From: the human T2T-CHM13v2.0 reference genome, Homo sapiens
NCBI RefSeq assembly: GCF_009914755.1
Contig: NC_060925.1
Direction: 5' to 3' (one strand)
Length of the DNA stretch: 64,000 bases
In this document: in pieces, positions 13,881 through 27,258 of the stretch
Numbering within the stretch: the stretch's first letter is position 1
How the letters are laid out: each line of letters opens with the position of its first letter
Position numbers and translations under genes: made by a program
Notes under the pieces: generated by a model
The model's database searches: none
Seen by the model: the letters and a program-made list of their open reading frames with translations, nothing else
Told to the model about the DNA's origin: nothing

Positions 13881-16800
13881 GAGTACTAACTACATACAAA
13901 TGTCCATGTTAAATAAAGGCAGAGTAGAGGAAAAGTGTCAAAGACGAATATGATACAAGAAGGCCCTCAAAGGTGCTTTCAGTTTAATGAGGAAGATAAG
14001 TATGCACACAAATACTGTAGGAAATAAATCTCTGTAGGTCTGTGTTGGAAGGTGATGCTCAGAGTAGATGTTGAGTAGTGCTAAATATGAGAGTAGCCAT
14101 TAAGGTTCCCAAGGGGAACTTTGGTGTTAAAATGAGGGCACACTGTATCACAGAGACCCACTGTGTTTTATGAGCATGAGGAAAGGAGAATGGCCAGTTG
14201 GAAGAAGGAGTGTCTTTGAAATCTGCCCCAACAATGTGATTGATGGTCAAGCATTCTGGATATAAGATGTTTTATTTTCAAGTCTTTGCTTGAGGTTCTC
14301 ATTTATGAGCACACATATTGCTCCTTGCAAAAAAAAAAAAAAAACAATTTGATAGTGCCAATAGTTTTCTTTCATTATGGAAGACTCAAATAAGAAGTTT
14401 CACAAGATGCTAACCTTAAAGATTGAGAGGTGATCAATATATTAAACAATAAATATCCAATATTCAGCAAATGATGCATGATTTCACCAGTGGAATATGT
14501 TAGATATAAATAGTCAGTATACTGTTGCCAGAAAAATGCTTATTGGCATGTGAAATAATCAAGTAAAATTCTTGAAAGATGAATTACATTCTTGATTTGC
14601 ATAACTTGGATTCAATACATTTACACAATATTTGCATTGGAAACATATCTAAAGCCAGCCAATGGAAAGAATACATGATTTTACTAACATGCTTATACAT
14701 TAATAACATTACTTGGCAATCTGATGTTTCAAGACCCAGGGTGAATTACTTATTAAAAACCCATATACAGCTATCTGTCTTTATCTTTCTTTCTGTATGA
14801 GCCATAATGGCTCTGATTGTTTTCAAAATTATATTTGGACAGGATATGACTGCTACATGAGACCTCTCAAACCAATATCATTTCCCTCACTCATAAAATA
14901 CATTATACTGCTGTGTGCATTGAGCCAAATCATTAATGAAGGAAGCATACCCTAACCTTTGTGTCTCTGATTTGACCAGTAGTTACACTGAAGCAAGCTA
15001 ACATCTTGGAAATTGTTTAAAAAGTGAAGCTAACACGATTATGAATATTTATGGTACATTCACTTATTTCTTGAAAATTCATCCTGCCATCTGAACCATT
15101 TCATTATTCTTAACTATTTTCTAAGAGGCTTAACTTTGAGATAGAAAAACTATCTGAATCTTACATTATTTGTAAAACCAAATAACTGTATTCCTGGAGT
15201 ACACCCCTTCTCTGTACTTATTTAAACATGCAATAGCTACAATAACTAGTTAAAATCTGTGAAATGTGCAAATTAAGAAGTACATTAATACAGTATTAAC
15301 TTTTTCAGCTTTTAAAAAATATTTGGAAGGCAACCATTGACTTGCTATTATTATCTTAAAGGACTGCTGAAGTTTCTATTTAGTAGCTGAAACCAACATT
15401 AGCAAATTGCTTTATCTTTAGTTTTATTTGCACTTTGTATAATGTAAATATAGGCATCTGAATTTATCAATGACTGGAATTTTTGCACATACAGAAAATG
15501 AAAAAGTCCATATTTGAGATTAAAAATAACTAATGACCTTGAGTTAAGGATTAGTTACATACAGTTCTATTTAATTACTATTTGTATCATTTTCCAAAAA
15601 TAGTCTTACAAAAATAGGAATACAATGTGAATTCTGCCTCATTGATGTGAGTATGTGTAACCTGTTACTTATAAAGTGTCTGTGGTTTGAAAGAAGGAAA
15701 TATGGATATGAGTAAATTTAAGTTAGAAGGTGCAAACAGATGTGGTACGGGTTGGCACAGGGGCCTCAGATTGCAGAAGGCACCCAATAGGCTCGTAGCA
15801 GATGTAAGGTGTGGTCTGTGGATGTATTTATTTGGCTTTTTACAGTCATTTTTTAATGTACCCTGAAAGGGTAGGTGTGGATGGAACTGTGTCTGAGGTT
15901 CACTGTTGTGCCTTCCTCTCCTTATTGTGTTCACTCATTTATGACACCTGTTTAGTTGACATTTGCCTTAGCTATACTTGATTTAACTAGTGATCAGAGA
16001 ACAAAGAAATCTGCCTTGAAGAGAGAAGTCTTAAAGCATTCTAGGATATATGATTGTTGATCCTCTGTTCTGAAAACAAGGGCATTAATGGCAGCAGATG
16101 GTTTGATGGTGAGAAAATTACCTTGCTTCACTAAGGTATATTTCATGGAAATCACTACGACATTATTCTAGAAAATTTGCTATTTCAGATACCTAATGTA
16201 ATCCTGAATGATTTAAGCCTTGGTGTTTGTCATTTTGCCGGTTATCACTTTATTCTACATATGTTATTCTTTGTAATTGAAATTGGTTTAAAGTATACAA
16301 ATGTGTGCTTAGTAACAACAATCATTTGCGGGGTACTTACCAATGTTTCCAAATTGGATCCTGATTTTCAGGGCCCACTCACAAAACACTCAAGCATACA
16401 TCATACAAAATTATGGAATTTAGACTCTATCGAAGGTTATTCACTCATGGGCAAATAACACATGAGTGCAGTCCTCTCTTCTGCTGGATGAATTCCTGCA
16501 ATTCTAAAGCCAGGATTCATTAGGAGTAAAGAAACAGACCTGCACTAAACAGTGATTTGGTCATAAGAGATGTCCGTGTAACAGTTCCAGCTGTGACCCT
16601 TATCTTTGGAGCAGACATAAGCATCACTATTCCTTAACTGTTTTTGGAAGGAAGCTGCTTCCCTCCTGGCTGGGAATTTAAAAAAGAAAGAATAGGTAGA
16701 CTGATTTCCCTTTTGTCATCTTCTCCACTGTTTCATTTTGCTAAAAAATATTCTCCATTTACTTAAGTAGGATGTTCTGACAGAAGATAAAATGAGAAAG

Positions 16801-17105
16801 TGTCTAATGATGCTTTGGGCTGCTACAACCCCCTCAGGTACACTGATATCCATAAGAGCAATAAAAATGTTTAAATAGTTGTTTTGCACAGAAGTTTTTG
16901 GGAAGTCAGAGACTAGAGAGATGCACACGTCAGGGTGATTTTCTGCCCCTCTGGACCCAGGGTCTGGAGCTGACCCCTTAGCTGTCAGTAAAATATGAGG
17001 CATCTGTTGGTACTATAAGAATGAGGGATTAAAGTAACTCAGTATTATTTAGCACCACTAGACTTTTTGCAGGGTTGTTTTTGAAACATTGGGAATCTTT
17101 TGGTA

Positions 17106-17107
<2 letters not shown>

Positions 17108-17136
<29 letters not shown>
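17108..17136. repeat. (AC)14 microsatellite
   Basis: Read directly from the sequence. Confidence 0.98.
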
Positions 17137-17140
<4 letters not shown>

Positions 17141-18039
17141 TTGCAGAGGGGCAGTTTTGCACAGAGGATGCTAGAGACTCTGTCATTGGCAAAGTGACTC
17201 CTTGGGGCAAGATTGGCCATAGTGAAGAGACATCGAGAGGATTGATGTCATCAGCATTCATGAGCTTTCACTAGATTCACAGAAATGACTGTGATGGTGG
17301 CTAAATTTGGGATTATTAACCAACCCATTTGGCATTGTTAATGTCATCTCCTGTGGATCCACCCATAGACCGGTGAAGTCCCAGGACATTTGAATTATGC
17401 TTGTGGCTAATAATAATGCAAAACTTCCATTATTCACTTTGACTGTGACATGAAATCACATGGCACTGAATAATGATAAAGTAAACTGCAAAAAGTACAT
17501 CCAAGTGATGCTGAGAGTCTGCCTTAAATTGCAAAAATGTTGAGTAGAAAGCTGAAAACCTGCCAATGCCCATCTATCGTTTATAGTAGATAAGCCATTA
17601 GTCTTGGCTAGGTATATCACTTCCTACATTATCGTGCATGCAAAATGTGAACTCCCAAGACCTGTGGGGTGTTTATCATCCAGGAGAGATAAGCCCTTAA
17701 GAAAGAGCCTGGGTAAGGTCACTGTCTCAGAAACAGATATGGTTTTTGGAAGTTGCTAATAATTGAAAAACAATGGTTTGGAGGCATAGAACATATTGGC
17801 CTAGTTAATTAAAAGCCAATTAGTGCCCTCCCCCATATAGACCAGCAAATAACCTACAACTAACCTGCTACATCCTTTTGCAAATGACTACAATTCTAAA
17901 AACTTGGAATGGAGAATTCTAATAGCTAAGATTGTTTCAGTAGGAATTTAATTGGGTCATATCACACAAAGATATCCACTGACATGGAAACTGACATGGA
18001 AAAGCAGCTTCTATACAAAATTGGAAAATGGGCTAAAGG

Positions 18040-19050
18040 TATTGATTAGTTCAAGGAAAATAGAGAAAGAAAAGCTTTAAATCAAATCAAGGAAAGCCTG
18101 TAGTATGTCAAGATTAAACCAGAAACTGAAAACTCTGATATAAATTAGAAGAATGTTTTGTGAGCCCTCATGAAAAACAAGAACACTAAGACTCAGTTTG
18201 GCATTCTAAAGAACAATTCAGCTAAATCATTTCCTTTGTTTTTGTAGAAGATCATTCAAATAATAAATTTGGACATCACCTACATTGACTTATCCAAACA
18301 TCTGGCACTTTTTCTTATGATATTGTAGATAATATGCAGAATTATAGATGTGGACATTTTATGGATTTATAATTATTTCAACAATAATATCCCCAAAGAC
18401 TGAGTCAAACAACAAGTTTAATGTAGAAGGAGAGCACAGTGATGTGTCATCAAGCTTTCTCCCCATGATACCAAGATAGTGCAGCGTCTAAGGAGCATAC
18501 CAGTTACCATGGTGATAAGAGAATTTACTGATCACACTTCATCAGGGCTCATTGACCAGTGCAACTCTCTCTGATTGTCTGTTCCACAGGGGCATGGGGA
18601 AGCAACTGTCTGTTAATCCACAAGCAATGGAAACAGTATTGCCTGAAGAAAATGACTAAAATGATAGCCAATGAATACCAATATAAGTATTCTTAAAAAG
18701 AAAAAAAATGGCAAGTCATTAGAAGGATGTTATTAATCTATTTCAGATAGCCAGGAAAATATCGAGATGCTAAAACAGGGAAATACACTCATAACCTTAG
18801 TTATTTCAGAAAGAGAGACACCTAATTGTTAAAACTAAGGTCAAAAAATCCATTCTGTAATTGGAATTAAGTTGAGTGAGTCCATCAGGACAAATTTTTT
18901 CACTCTGAATCTTTCTGGAAATTAGAAATGCCATAACTGAAAACAGCTGATCTGGGGAAGATAAAGGTAACTCCAATAATTTTGTCTATTTGGGAACTAA
19001 TTAAGGGAATGCAACTTTGGAAAAAAGAACTTCAAAGGTGGACACTAAAG
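18040..19050 (+). mobile_element. Highly degraded L3/CR1 LINE fragments
   Basis: Patchy resemblance to CR1/L3 RT and 3' regions (e.g. agtgatgtgtcatcaagctttct; ggaaaaaagaacttcaaaggtggac). Confidence 0.4.
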
Positions 19051-19509
19051 GGAAGATGTGAGCCTCTGTAAGGACTTCAAAATTAGAAGTGCATAGACAC
19101 AGATCCCCCACCTCCCCAATTTCTCAGGCAGGCAAGATTATTTTAGTTACCAATAATTAAAAACAGATATACTCCAGTGATGGAAGTTTTCAAAGGTGAG
19201 AACTTTTTCCAATTAGGGTCCATTTTAAGTTAATCAGGTTGAAAAAAACTAGCTGAGGTTTCCTTGTGATCGCATAAAGCAGGAGTTTATTTGGTATTTT
19301 TCCAGGTAGGCTGATGCTTTTAGGGAAGAGCTGCTGCAGAAGCACAGACAAATCATTGGAGAGTACCTTGTGAAAATGGCTGCAGATCACTGAGGACATT
19401 ACTCAGAGTCTTGTTCTGGAAGCACCCCAGAGAAGCAGGTTGGGACCACAAAAGCTTTACCTTAGAAAGTAGATTGACATCTGGAGAAAAATTGGACCTA
19501 TCTACTTCT

Positions 19510-19630
19510 TTTATGAGGGCAGGAACTGAGTGACTGTCTTGCTTTTCAGGTATCCACATCACCTAACACAATGCCTGGCAAATAAGGAGGCACTCAATAA
19601 ATCTAATTGTTCAATAAATTCAATGAATGT
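19510..19630 (+). mobile_element. L2 3' end
   Basis: atgagggcaggaact...cctaacacaatgcctggca...ctcaataaat...aatgaatg. Confidence 0.75.
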
Positions 19631-19714
19631 CAAATCTCATTAAGGGAGAGAGATTAGTGAGATTGAGTGATTGATTTTGAGCTAGTGGAAAAAAATGCAG
19701 GGGAAGATAGCCAG

Positions 19715-19950
19715 CAATACTTTGTATCTATGTACCAACACTATGCTACTTGTTTTACATATATTATTTTACATATATTATCTTTTTAAAAAATAGTCTT
19801 GATAAACCTCATTTTTTTATTCCTACTTTACACTGGAAGATAAAGCTCAAAGAAATTACAGATCACCCCAGGATCACACTGTTAGTAAATATCAGTGTGA
19901 TGGTTTTAAACCAGTTGTGTTGGGCTCCAAAGATAGAGACTTTACACTAC
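19715..19950 (-). mobile_element. MIR
   Basis: ctttacactggaagataaagctcaaagaaatt...cccaggatcacactgttagtaaat. Confidence 0.65.
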
Positions 19951-20529
19951 ACCAAGTTTTAGAAGAGCTCAGTGATTTCAAAAAGGAGCAGATTTACTCT
20001 CACAAAGCAGTAGTTCTCTATCTCTAGAAATTATAGTAGCTTTAGAGTTGGAAGGGAGATTAGTGATACGCTTCAACTGCCTCTTGCAATGGATGAGGGA
20101 TTGAAGTCAAGAGAAGTAGAGGCATGCTCACATGCATGGCAAGAATGGGGCAGCATAAAGTTGTATGCCTTCTTGCGTACTGCCAGCACACTTTCAATTA
20201 TTTACCGAATATCTGTCTTTCACACCAAATAATAAGTTCGATCTATGAAGTCAGGTGCATTAATTATCTTATTTATTTAATATCTCAGGACAAACCTACA
20301 TAATAATATATCAATAAGTATTTAATAACTGCATAGATGAATGACTGGAAACAGAACTTGAACCCAGGTTTCCAAACCTGAAATGTTTGAACAGAAGGTT
20401 TGTGATCCTTTATCAGTGGTGTTCTGTGTTAGGTGTGACTTGTACTAGATAGTCACCATGGTCCCTTCCAGAAGTAACATCTATAAAATTAAATCAGCCT
20501 GGGAGTCTCTGATCTTTATGCCTACTGCA

Positions 20530-20710
20530 CCCTATCTATACTTCTATTTTAGCATTTATTGAATTGCACTGAAATAACTGTTTACATTCGTATTTTTCTT
20601 ACCAGAGTAAAAGTATATGCGAGTTGAGACTGTGTTTTTATAGTGGTTTCCAGCACTTACCACGGGGCCTTATACCTTACAAGTACTCAACAAATGTTCA
20701 TTGACCTAAC
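20530..20710 (+). mobile_element. L2 3' end
   Basis: tagcatttattgaattg...ccagcacttaccacggggcct...tactcaacaaatgttcattga. Confidence 0.65.
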
Positions 20711-21666
20711 TTGCAACAAATTCAACTAAGATTCTTTGAAAGTATTTAGATATCTATCACATTGTTTCTCATGTTAGGTACTCCTGGTTGAAGATTTCTT
20801 TGTGAGAATGTGTTTACTGAATTGATTGGTTTCCCAACTTGTTTTTTATTTAAACAGAATTAGAGAGAAAGTGAGATAGGGCATTAAAAAGAAATCTGTG
20901 ATACTCTTGGCTTGCCTGACACAAGGCTCTTCACAGACCCAGGTCTCCTTTTGAATTCAGTGTTAATTCTACATTTATAGAAAGATCTAGTGCTCAGGAT
21001 TAGCTTCATTAGGCAGTTGGACTTGAACAGAGGTGGCAGGAGATCAGGAAGGACCCTTTTAGAAATGGGCACAAAAAGACATAGTGTGCATAGATGAATT
21101 CTCCTTTAAATAAAAACTGAGTCAGATTTTAGAATGAAATTCTGTAGTGCTGTCAAACTGTTTGAAACTGGAGTTGGCAGTTGTCCTTTCAAACTGTTAT
21201 TTCAGAGCACGTGTCCCAGAAGGGACAGCTAAGAATGTTTGTCATATTTGAACTCTTTCCAGAGCCATTCAGCAGGATACTGGCAGTCCACTTTCTCGTG
21301 TTAATTATTTCTGCCCTGATTGCCTGGCAACACATAACATGGGAAGTATTATATTTTGTTATTTGTGAATGCTTCCAGCTGAATGCAGGAAGAAAATGGA
21401 ATACAAAGTCAGCCGGAGATGCAACTTAATAAGTTAGGTGTGTTTTTTGATTGAAAATTTGTGATGGATGAAGAAGTTCGTAATCCCATGATTGTGCATG
21501 TTCACCACAATTTCAGAGAGTTTGAGAGTATCACAATGTGTCTTGGTGGAAATGAAATACTGATGGATCTTAATGGGCACCAGACTAGAATCTATGAACA
21601 TGAATTGTCTCCTCCACAGGCAAAACAGATTTGTTGTAAGCAGACGTTGTTTCATCCTTGAAGAGT

Positions 21667-21735
21667 CTCCTTCCTTCTCTCCTTCTTTCCTTCCTTCCTT
21701 CCTTCTTTCCTTCCTTCGTTTCTTTCCTTCCTTAT
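21667..21735. repeat. (CCTT)n / (TTCC)n polypyrimidine microsatellite
   Basis: Read directly from the sequence. Confidence 0.95.
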
Positions 21736-21980
21736 TTTTTGATGTGATTGGACTCTAGAATTGAGTTCAAGCATAAAAACCTAAGATCAAGTATGATGGG
21801 AAAAGTGTCATCATTGTAACAATAGCAACAATAGTAAAGATTGCTGTAAACTGGAGAGCAATGAGGGTTTTGATCAGTGACTAAGGCCTAGTAGGAGCTT
21901 CTCACCACACCATTATTAGAAAGTTCTGCCTGTTGATGTGGCTCAGTTAAAAACTGCTATCTAGAACTGAAAACAATATA

Positions 21981-22937
21981 CAGTTGACCCTTGAACAATG
22001 CAGGGGTTGGGGCACTGACCCCCTGTGAAGTTGAAAATCCATGTATAACTTTTAACGCGCCCAAAACTTTATCTACTAATTGCCTACTGTTGAGGGGAAG
22101 CCTTATTGATAAATATAAATAGTTGATTAACACTTTTTTGTATATTACATCTATTATATACTATATTCTTACAGTAAAGCAAGCTAGAGAAAAGAAAATG
22201 TTATTAAGAAAATCATAAGAGAAAATACATTTAAAGTACTCTACTGTATTTATTCATACTGTAAGTGTATGTCTTCTGTTTACAAGATGCGTTGTCTATC
22301 TAAAGTGGTGGGCAACCATAGCTGCAGACCTCAGTCGACGGTATAAATAAAGCAGTACTGCAAAAAAAAAAAAAAAAAAAAGATGAAAACTACATGAGAA
22401 CCATAAAAGAACACTTTTAACTGTGTAATGCAACTTACTGGTAAGAAGAACTGCTCACCTGGAGATGATTAGCATCACACAGGTGATTTAAGGGGATACT
22501 CACAACACTTGAGCTCACTGCAATAGCAACAGGAGGTGGCTATAAAATTATTACAGCAATACACTATATACTGCAGTTAATTTTATGCAGTTATGACTTA
22601 ATTCTGGATCTTTAAGTTTGTTTATACATCTCTCTACTGCCAATAGTGCCATATATGGTCTGTAAGTGTTTGAGTTTTGACAAATTTCAACTGTTTAAAA
22701 TAGATTTGTGTATATTTTATGGCAGTTAATGATAAAATAGACTAGTATCTAAATATATTTTTTGCATTCATGACATACTTAACTTTTTCTTAATTTTTTC
22801 CCCATAGTTTTAGGGCAAGTTCTTTGCCTTTGAGTTTTTTCAAGTTGTCACAGATCTCCAAAAGATTTTTCATTATATTAAAAAAAATCCATGTATAACC
22901 TGTGCAGTTAAAACCTGTGTTGATCGAAAGTCAAATT
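21981..22937 (+). mobile_element. Tigger2-family non-autonomous DNA transposon (Tigger2b-like)
   Basis: Left TIR cagttgacccttgaacaa preceded by TA; degenerate right TIR gtgttgatcgaaagtcaaatt followed by TA; internal A-run at ~22362-22381. Confidence 0.88.
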
Positions 22938-24167
22938 TATTCACTCACAGTATTGGAAAACAAAGGTACATTTCTGAATTATTTCCAAAATTTCATTTTT
23001 TTTTTTTAAAAAGTGATTCTCTGATAGTTTTCTTCTTGCTGTGTTCATTGAAGCCACCCCTGAGTGACAATTTCAAAGATGGTAGTTTTGCATTCTGGGC
23101 TGGTGGGTGATGTGAGACAATGATCCAATGGAAATTAATTCCAAAAATAAATTGTAAAATACAATTATTAATGTGTTCAGAGATACATTTTTAATGGATG
23201 AGAGCAGCTTTTTAGAGCTGTAAATGCTCAGTTATCAATCAATATTTAAAAGTATATTAAGATCAATGTTGAAAAATATTTTTCTACAACAAGATTTCAA
23301 ACATTTATTTAGACTTTTAGATTGTCATTTTCTCAGCAACACTAGGTGAAAACAAAACCAAAACTAGAAAACTAAAACTAGACCCCCAAATCAAAAACAT
23401 ATTCTTGGATGAGATATACTCAGTTCCACACATGAACATTTCTGCAAAAATAATACCAAGGCGAGGTGTGGACAAAAAAGACAGCAGCAGGATGCATTCC
23501 TTTCAGATCTGCTGTCATCCCCATTAGGCCTACTTTCTCTCAGAATTAGCTTAGGGATAAGAAAAGGAATAAAATGGTGTCCTCACATAATTATTGTAAA
23601 GATTAAATTAAGTGTGGAACCCCAAGTTTCCTAAGGTAAGCTTGGGTTAAAAATGGGATTACCGTTTCTTGTTCTGCACCCTACCCTCTGTGCCCTGCCA
23701 TCTTTACTGGGTCATATCTGTGCCAAAGCTATTCTAGAGTCCCCAAATTGCCAAAGTTTACAGATTGTTTGGTGGCAAGTGGAGAGAAATGCTGATTTCA
23801 CCTTTTTGTGTAATACCCTTAGATAACGGAACAGTGCTGTTTCTATTCTGATGTGTTATAAAATTCTTAGAGGAACAAAAAGCTCTTAAAACATTTCAAC
23901 CTAGGCTCTTCATGAAAATTTAGACACATGTTCGTAGAGGTTACCCTATGAGGCAAAACCATGTGAAAAAATATTATGTTGAAATAAAAATCCTCCCTCT
24001 ACCTTTAGACCAATCTTTTCTCTCCAATTTAATTTTCCCTTGGATGAAAGTCCTCTCTGATAAGATTTCTGAATACCTCATACAAATAAACTTCCGGAAG
24101 GCTAGCTCCAATGCATCTCACAGGACAGTGTAGAAATATATTAATCTCAATGTTAAATACAACATCA

Positions 24168-24542
24168 TAAAGATGTGGCAATTGTGGTCTGGAGACCAAA
24201 TCTGGCCCAATGCTTGATTTGTATGACCAGCCAGCTAAGATTGGTTTTTACATTATTAAAGGGCTGAAAACAAATTTAAGGAATATTTTGTGGTGTGAGA
24301 AATTCAAATTTCAGTATCCACTTAAAAAGTTTTGTTGTGATACAGTTGTGCCTGTCTTTTTATGCTTAAGAGAAAGTTAAGTATGTCATTAATGCAAAAA
24401 ACAGTGTTTACAGATGTTTCATGGTTGTTTATGGCTCTTTTTGCACTCTAGTGGCAAAGTTAGTGGTTGGACTACCGTGTGGCCCATATCTATATAAAAT
24501 ATTTATCATCTGGCCTTTTACGGGAAAAGTTATCTGCCTCTG
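24168..24542 (+). mobile_element. MER58B-like (hAT-Charlie)
   Basis: ccaaatctggccca...gctaagattggtttttaca...aaatatttatcatctggccttttacgggaaaag. Confidence 0.75.
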
Positions 24543-25289
24543 ACATCAAGATGGAACCACTTTATGTCATCACCAAGACATAGAGACTTCACTGGTTTAG
24601 GTGAAGGTCTATAGTGCAGAGTTTGGCTTTTAGAAAGTGCTCAATAAACATTAGATTTAGGTGTTCCTTCTTAATATATTAATTGCAGTTTAGCCTTTAG
24701 CTCATTATTTTCTTTTTCTTTCCTTTCTTCTTTCCTCCCTTTCTCCCTATCTCTTTCGTTACTCTTTTCTTTTACCTGAAATAGCTTTAACCATCCCTTA
24801 TGAATATTTAAGTCATCCTTTAATTTTTTTAATAACAAAGAAGTGATTTTAAAATATTTAAGCCAGATTAGTATCTTTTAAATATTCTATTAAATGCATT
24901 TTAATACACTCTAATAACAGTCAAAACATATAAAGTCACTTTGATTTTTCTTTCAATTAAACGTGAAGCATGGTTGTTTCATTTACTTTAGGTAAATTGT
25001 GCTAGAAAAAGCATGACTTATCGACAAGTACATTTTAAAATATTGGTTTGAAGACCAAGAGTTATTAAAATGTACATTGAAATTTAAGTGTTTTTATAAT
25101 ATTAAACATAGACAACAATTGCTTTTATGAACTGATGTTTGGTGTTTTTGTACTTTGTGTTTTTTTTCTTTCTTTATAAAGGAAAAGGCAAACAACATTC
25201 ATCAGGATATATTCACCTTTTAATTTTGATTTTTAAAGTAATAGTCATATCTTGATATTATAAAATAAATTGGTTTAGATGAATTAACT

Positions 25290-25400
25290 TAATTGACCAT
25301 AAATATCTTGAAGATAGGGATGTATCATTTTCATTTTCACATTCCAGGGCCTAGCAAAATGCATAGTTTTGGAGTGATTAAGGAATGGATGGATGAAATA
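25290..25400 (+). mobile_element. L2 3' end
   Basis: cttgaagatagggatgtatc...ccagggcctagcaaaatg...gaatggatggatgaa. Confidence 0.6.
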
Positions 25401-26175
25401 ATTATCTCTAAGTTTAGATGACACTAGGATAATCTTCTATCACAAACATCCTCACCCTCTTATCCATGAAATGTCTTAACTTTTCTCAACCCCCTCTCAG
25501 AACAATTTCCAGGCCCTTTGATTGCTCTTAATTTTCCTGGAGGAAGTTATTGCTTCCTCAGTATGAAAATCTTATCTTTTGACAGGGGATTCTGCCACCA
25601 TCCTGAGGTAGAGAAAATGTGCTCTATCAATTTGTTTGAAAAGACAACATGAGGTTACAAGATGCAATGAGCTTGTGCTGTTTGTTTTCCATATTGGTGG
25701 TGTTCAAACATTTTGAATGTACACCTAATTCACACAGTTTTTTAGAATATACCTTTATAGATAGATGAATGGATGAATGCATAAATAGATAGATATAGAT
25801 TGATGAGTACATATGGATATGGACAAATACATTTAAATAAGTATATAAATAAATAACATATTTCAGAAAATTCTTAAATATATTGTCTGGAGATAACTAG
25901 TATTCATAGATAGAGTACAAAAGATTTTCACATATACTCCCTATCTTATTTCAAGTAATTATGAACATTCATTATAGAAGACAATATAACCCATAAATCA
26001 CTTTAAAATATAGTAAATCACAGTATTCTGAGAGTTAACAAATGTTGGGCTATTGCATATGATAGGAAGCTGGGTGACATGTGTCCTAGTATGGATGTTG
26101 GTGTCCAGATGTATAATAAATACTATTAAAATAATCTTTCTTACATTTTGTAAAAAAGTATAAATATAATTTCTT

Positions 26176-26434
26176 TCTTAGTTTTTTAATGTTTATGGAT
26201 TCAGCGGGTACACAGGCAGGTTTGTTACATGGATATATTGTGTAGTGGTGAGGATTGGGCTCCTAGTGTACCCATCACCTGAATAGTGAACATGGTACTC
26301 AACAGATAAATTTTCAATCCTCACTCCCCTCCCACCTTTTTGGAGTCCTCAGTGTCTATTATTTCCTTTTATATGTCCATGTGTAGCCACCGTTTAGCTC
26401 CTGCTTATAAGTGAGAACATGTGGTATATTATTT
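26176..26434 (-). mobile_element. 5'-truncated L1 3'UTR (L1PB / old L1PA type)
   Basis: ggtacacaggcaggtttgttacatggatat...ttataagtgagaacatgtggta; TSD tataatttctt at 26165-26175 and 26435-26445. Confidence 0.9.
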
Positions 26435-26968
26435 TATAATTTCTTATTCCAGTAGATTGTCCTGTACATCTCCTGGGTAGAAGCAGCTCATTTCTGGAAA
26501 TTCTTATTTTGTAGTACATCTGGAAATATGGCTTTTTCAGCTCATTATATTTCTTCCTTCCCTTGAGTTGGGAATTTGGTAAAAGTGTGTGATGATTTAT
26601 GCCAGAGGACAGATGGGAATGAACTCTAGTATGCTACCTTAAAAGTTATCTATTTGCTTTGTCACCTAGCACCAATCCTGGATACTTTGACTATCCCATC
26701 AGAACAACTTCCTTTTTTGTTTAGAACATGGCCTGGAAGGCTAATGAGTGGCAGTCATTCCTTAGCAACCCAGAAGCCTACGTGTAAGTTTAAATGGATA
26801 TATTATCTATTTCTCCTAGAAGGTATCAGGCCGTCCTGCAAATAAAACACACTTTAATTATATTCACTCTACCCACTCAAGCATTGCCTGTGTTTTCCTT
26901 GGTTTTGAGAGTTGGAGGTTGTTCTGGGACCCCAAATACACTAGTAATATTGCTGGAGTCTCATTCTT

Positions 26969-27258
26969 TTTTTATCATTTCAACACTTATTATAGATTAA
27001 ATAGTACATTTGCAGGTTTATTAGATGGGTATATTGCATGACACTGAGGTTTGGGCTACAAATGATCCCATCACCCAGTTAGTGACCATGTTACCAATAA
27101 GAGTTTTTTCAGCCCGTGCTCCCCTTCATCTCTCCCCTGTCTTTAGTACCTCTCCAGTATCTATTGTCTATGGGAATTCAGTGTTTGGCTCCCACCAATA
27201 AGTGAGAACATGTGGTATTTGGTTTTCTGTTCTTGTGTTGATTCATTTAGGATAAAGA
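26969..27258 (-). mobile_element. 5'-truncated L1 3'UTR (L1PA16-like)
   Basis: gggtatattgcatgacactgaggtttggg...gatcccatcaccca; perfect TSD agtctcattctt at 26957-26968 and 27259-27270. Confidence 0.9.

Noticed and set aside
18465-19450. Segments at ~18465-18625 and ~19270-19450 that resemble ancient MER/LTR remnants
   Set aside because: I could not assign a family or boundaries from the sequence alone
21434-21661. Protein-looking ORFs, with a faint CxCG...H...CP pattern on the minus strand resembling an RTE-X/L4 C-terminus
   Set aside because: The pattern needs assumed frameshifts and cannot be supported without a profile search
22362-22381. Poly(A) run inside Tigger2 suggesting a retro-insertion
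   Set aside because: No TSD or insert body; better explained as slippage expansion beside an internal deletion
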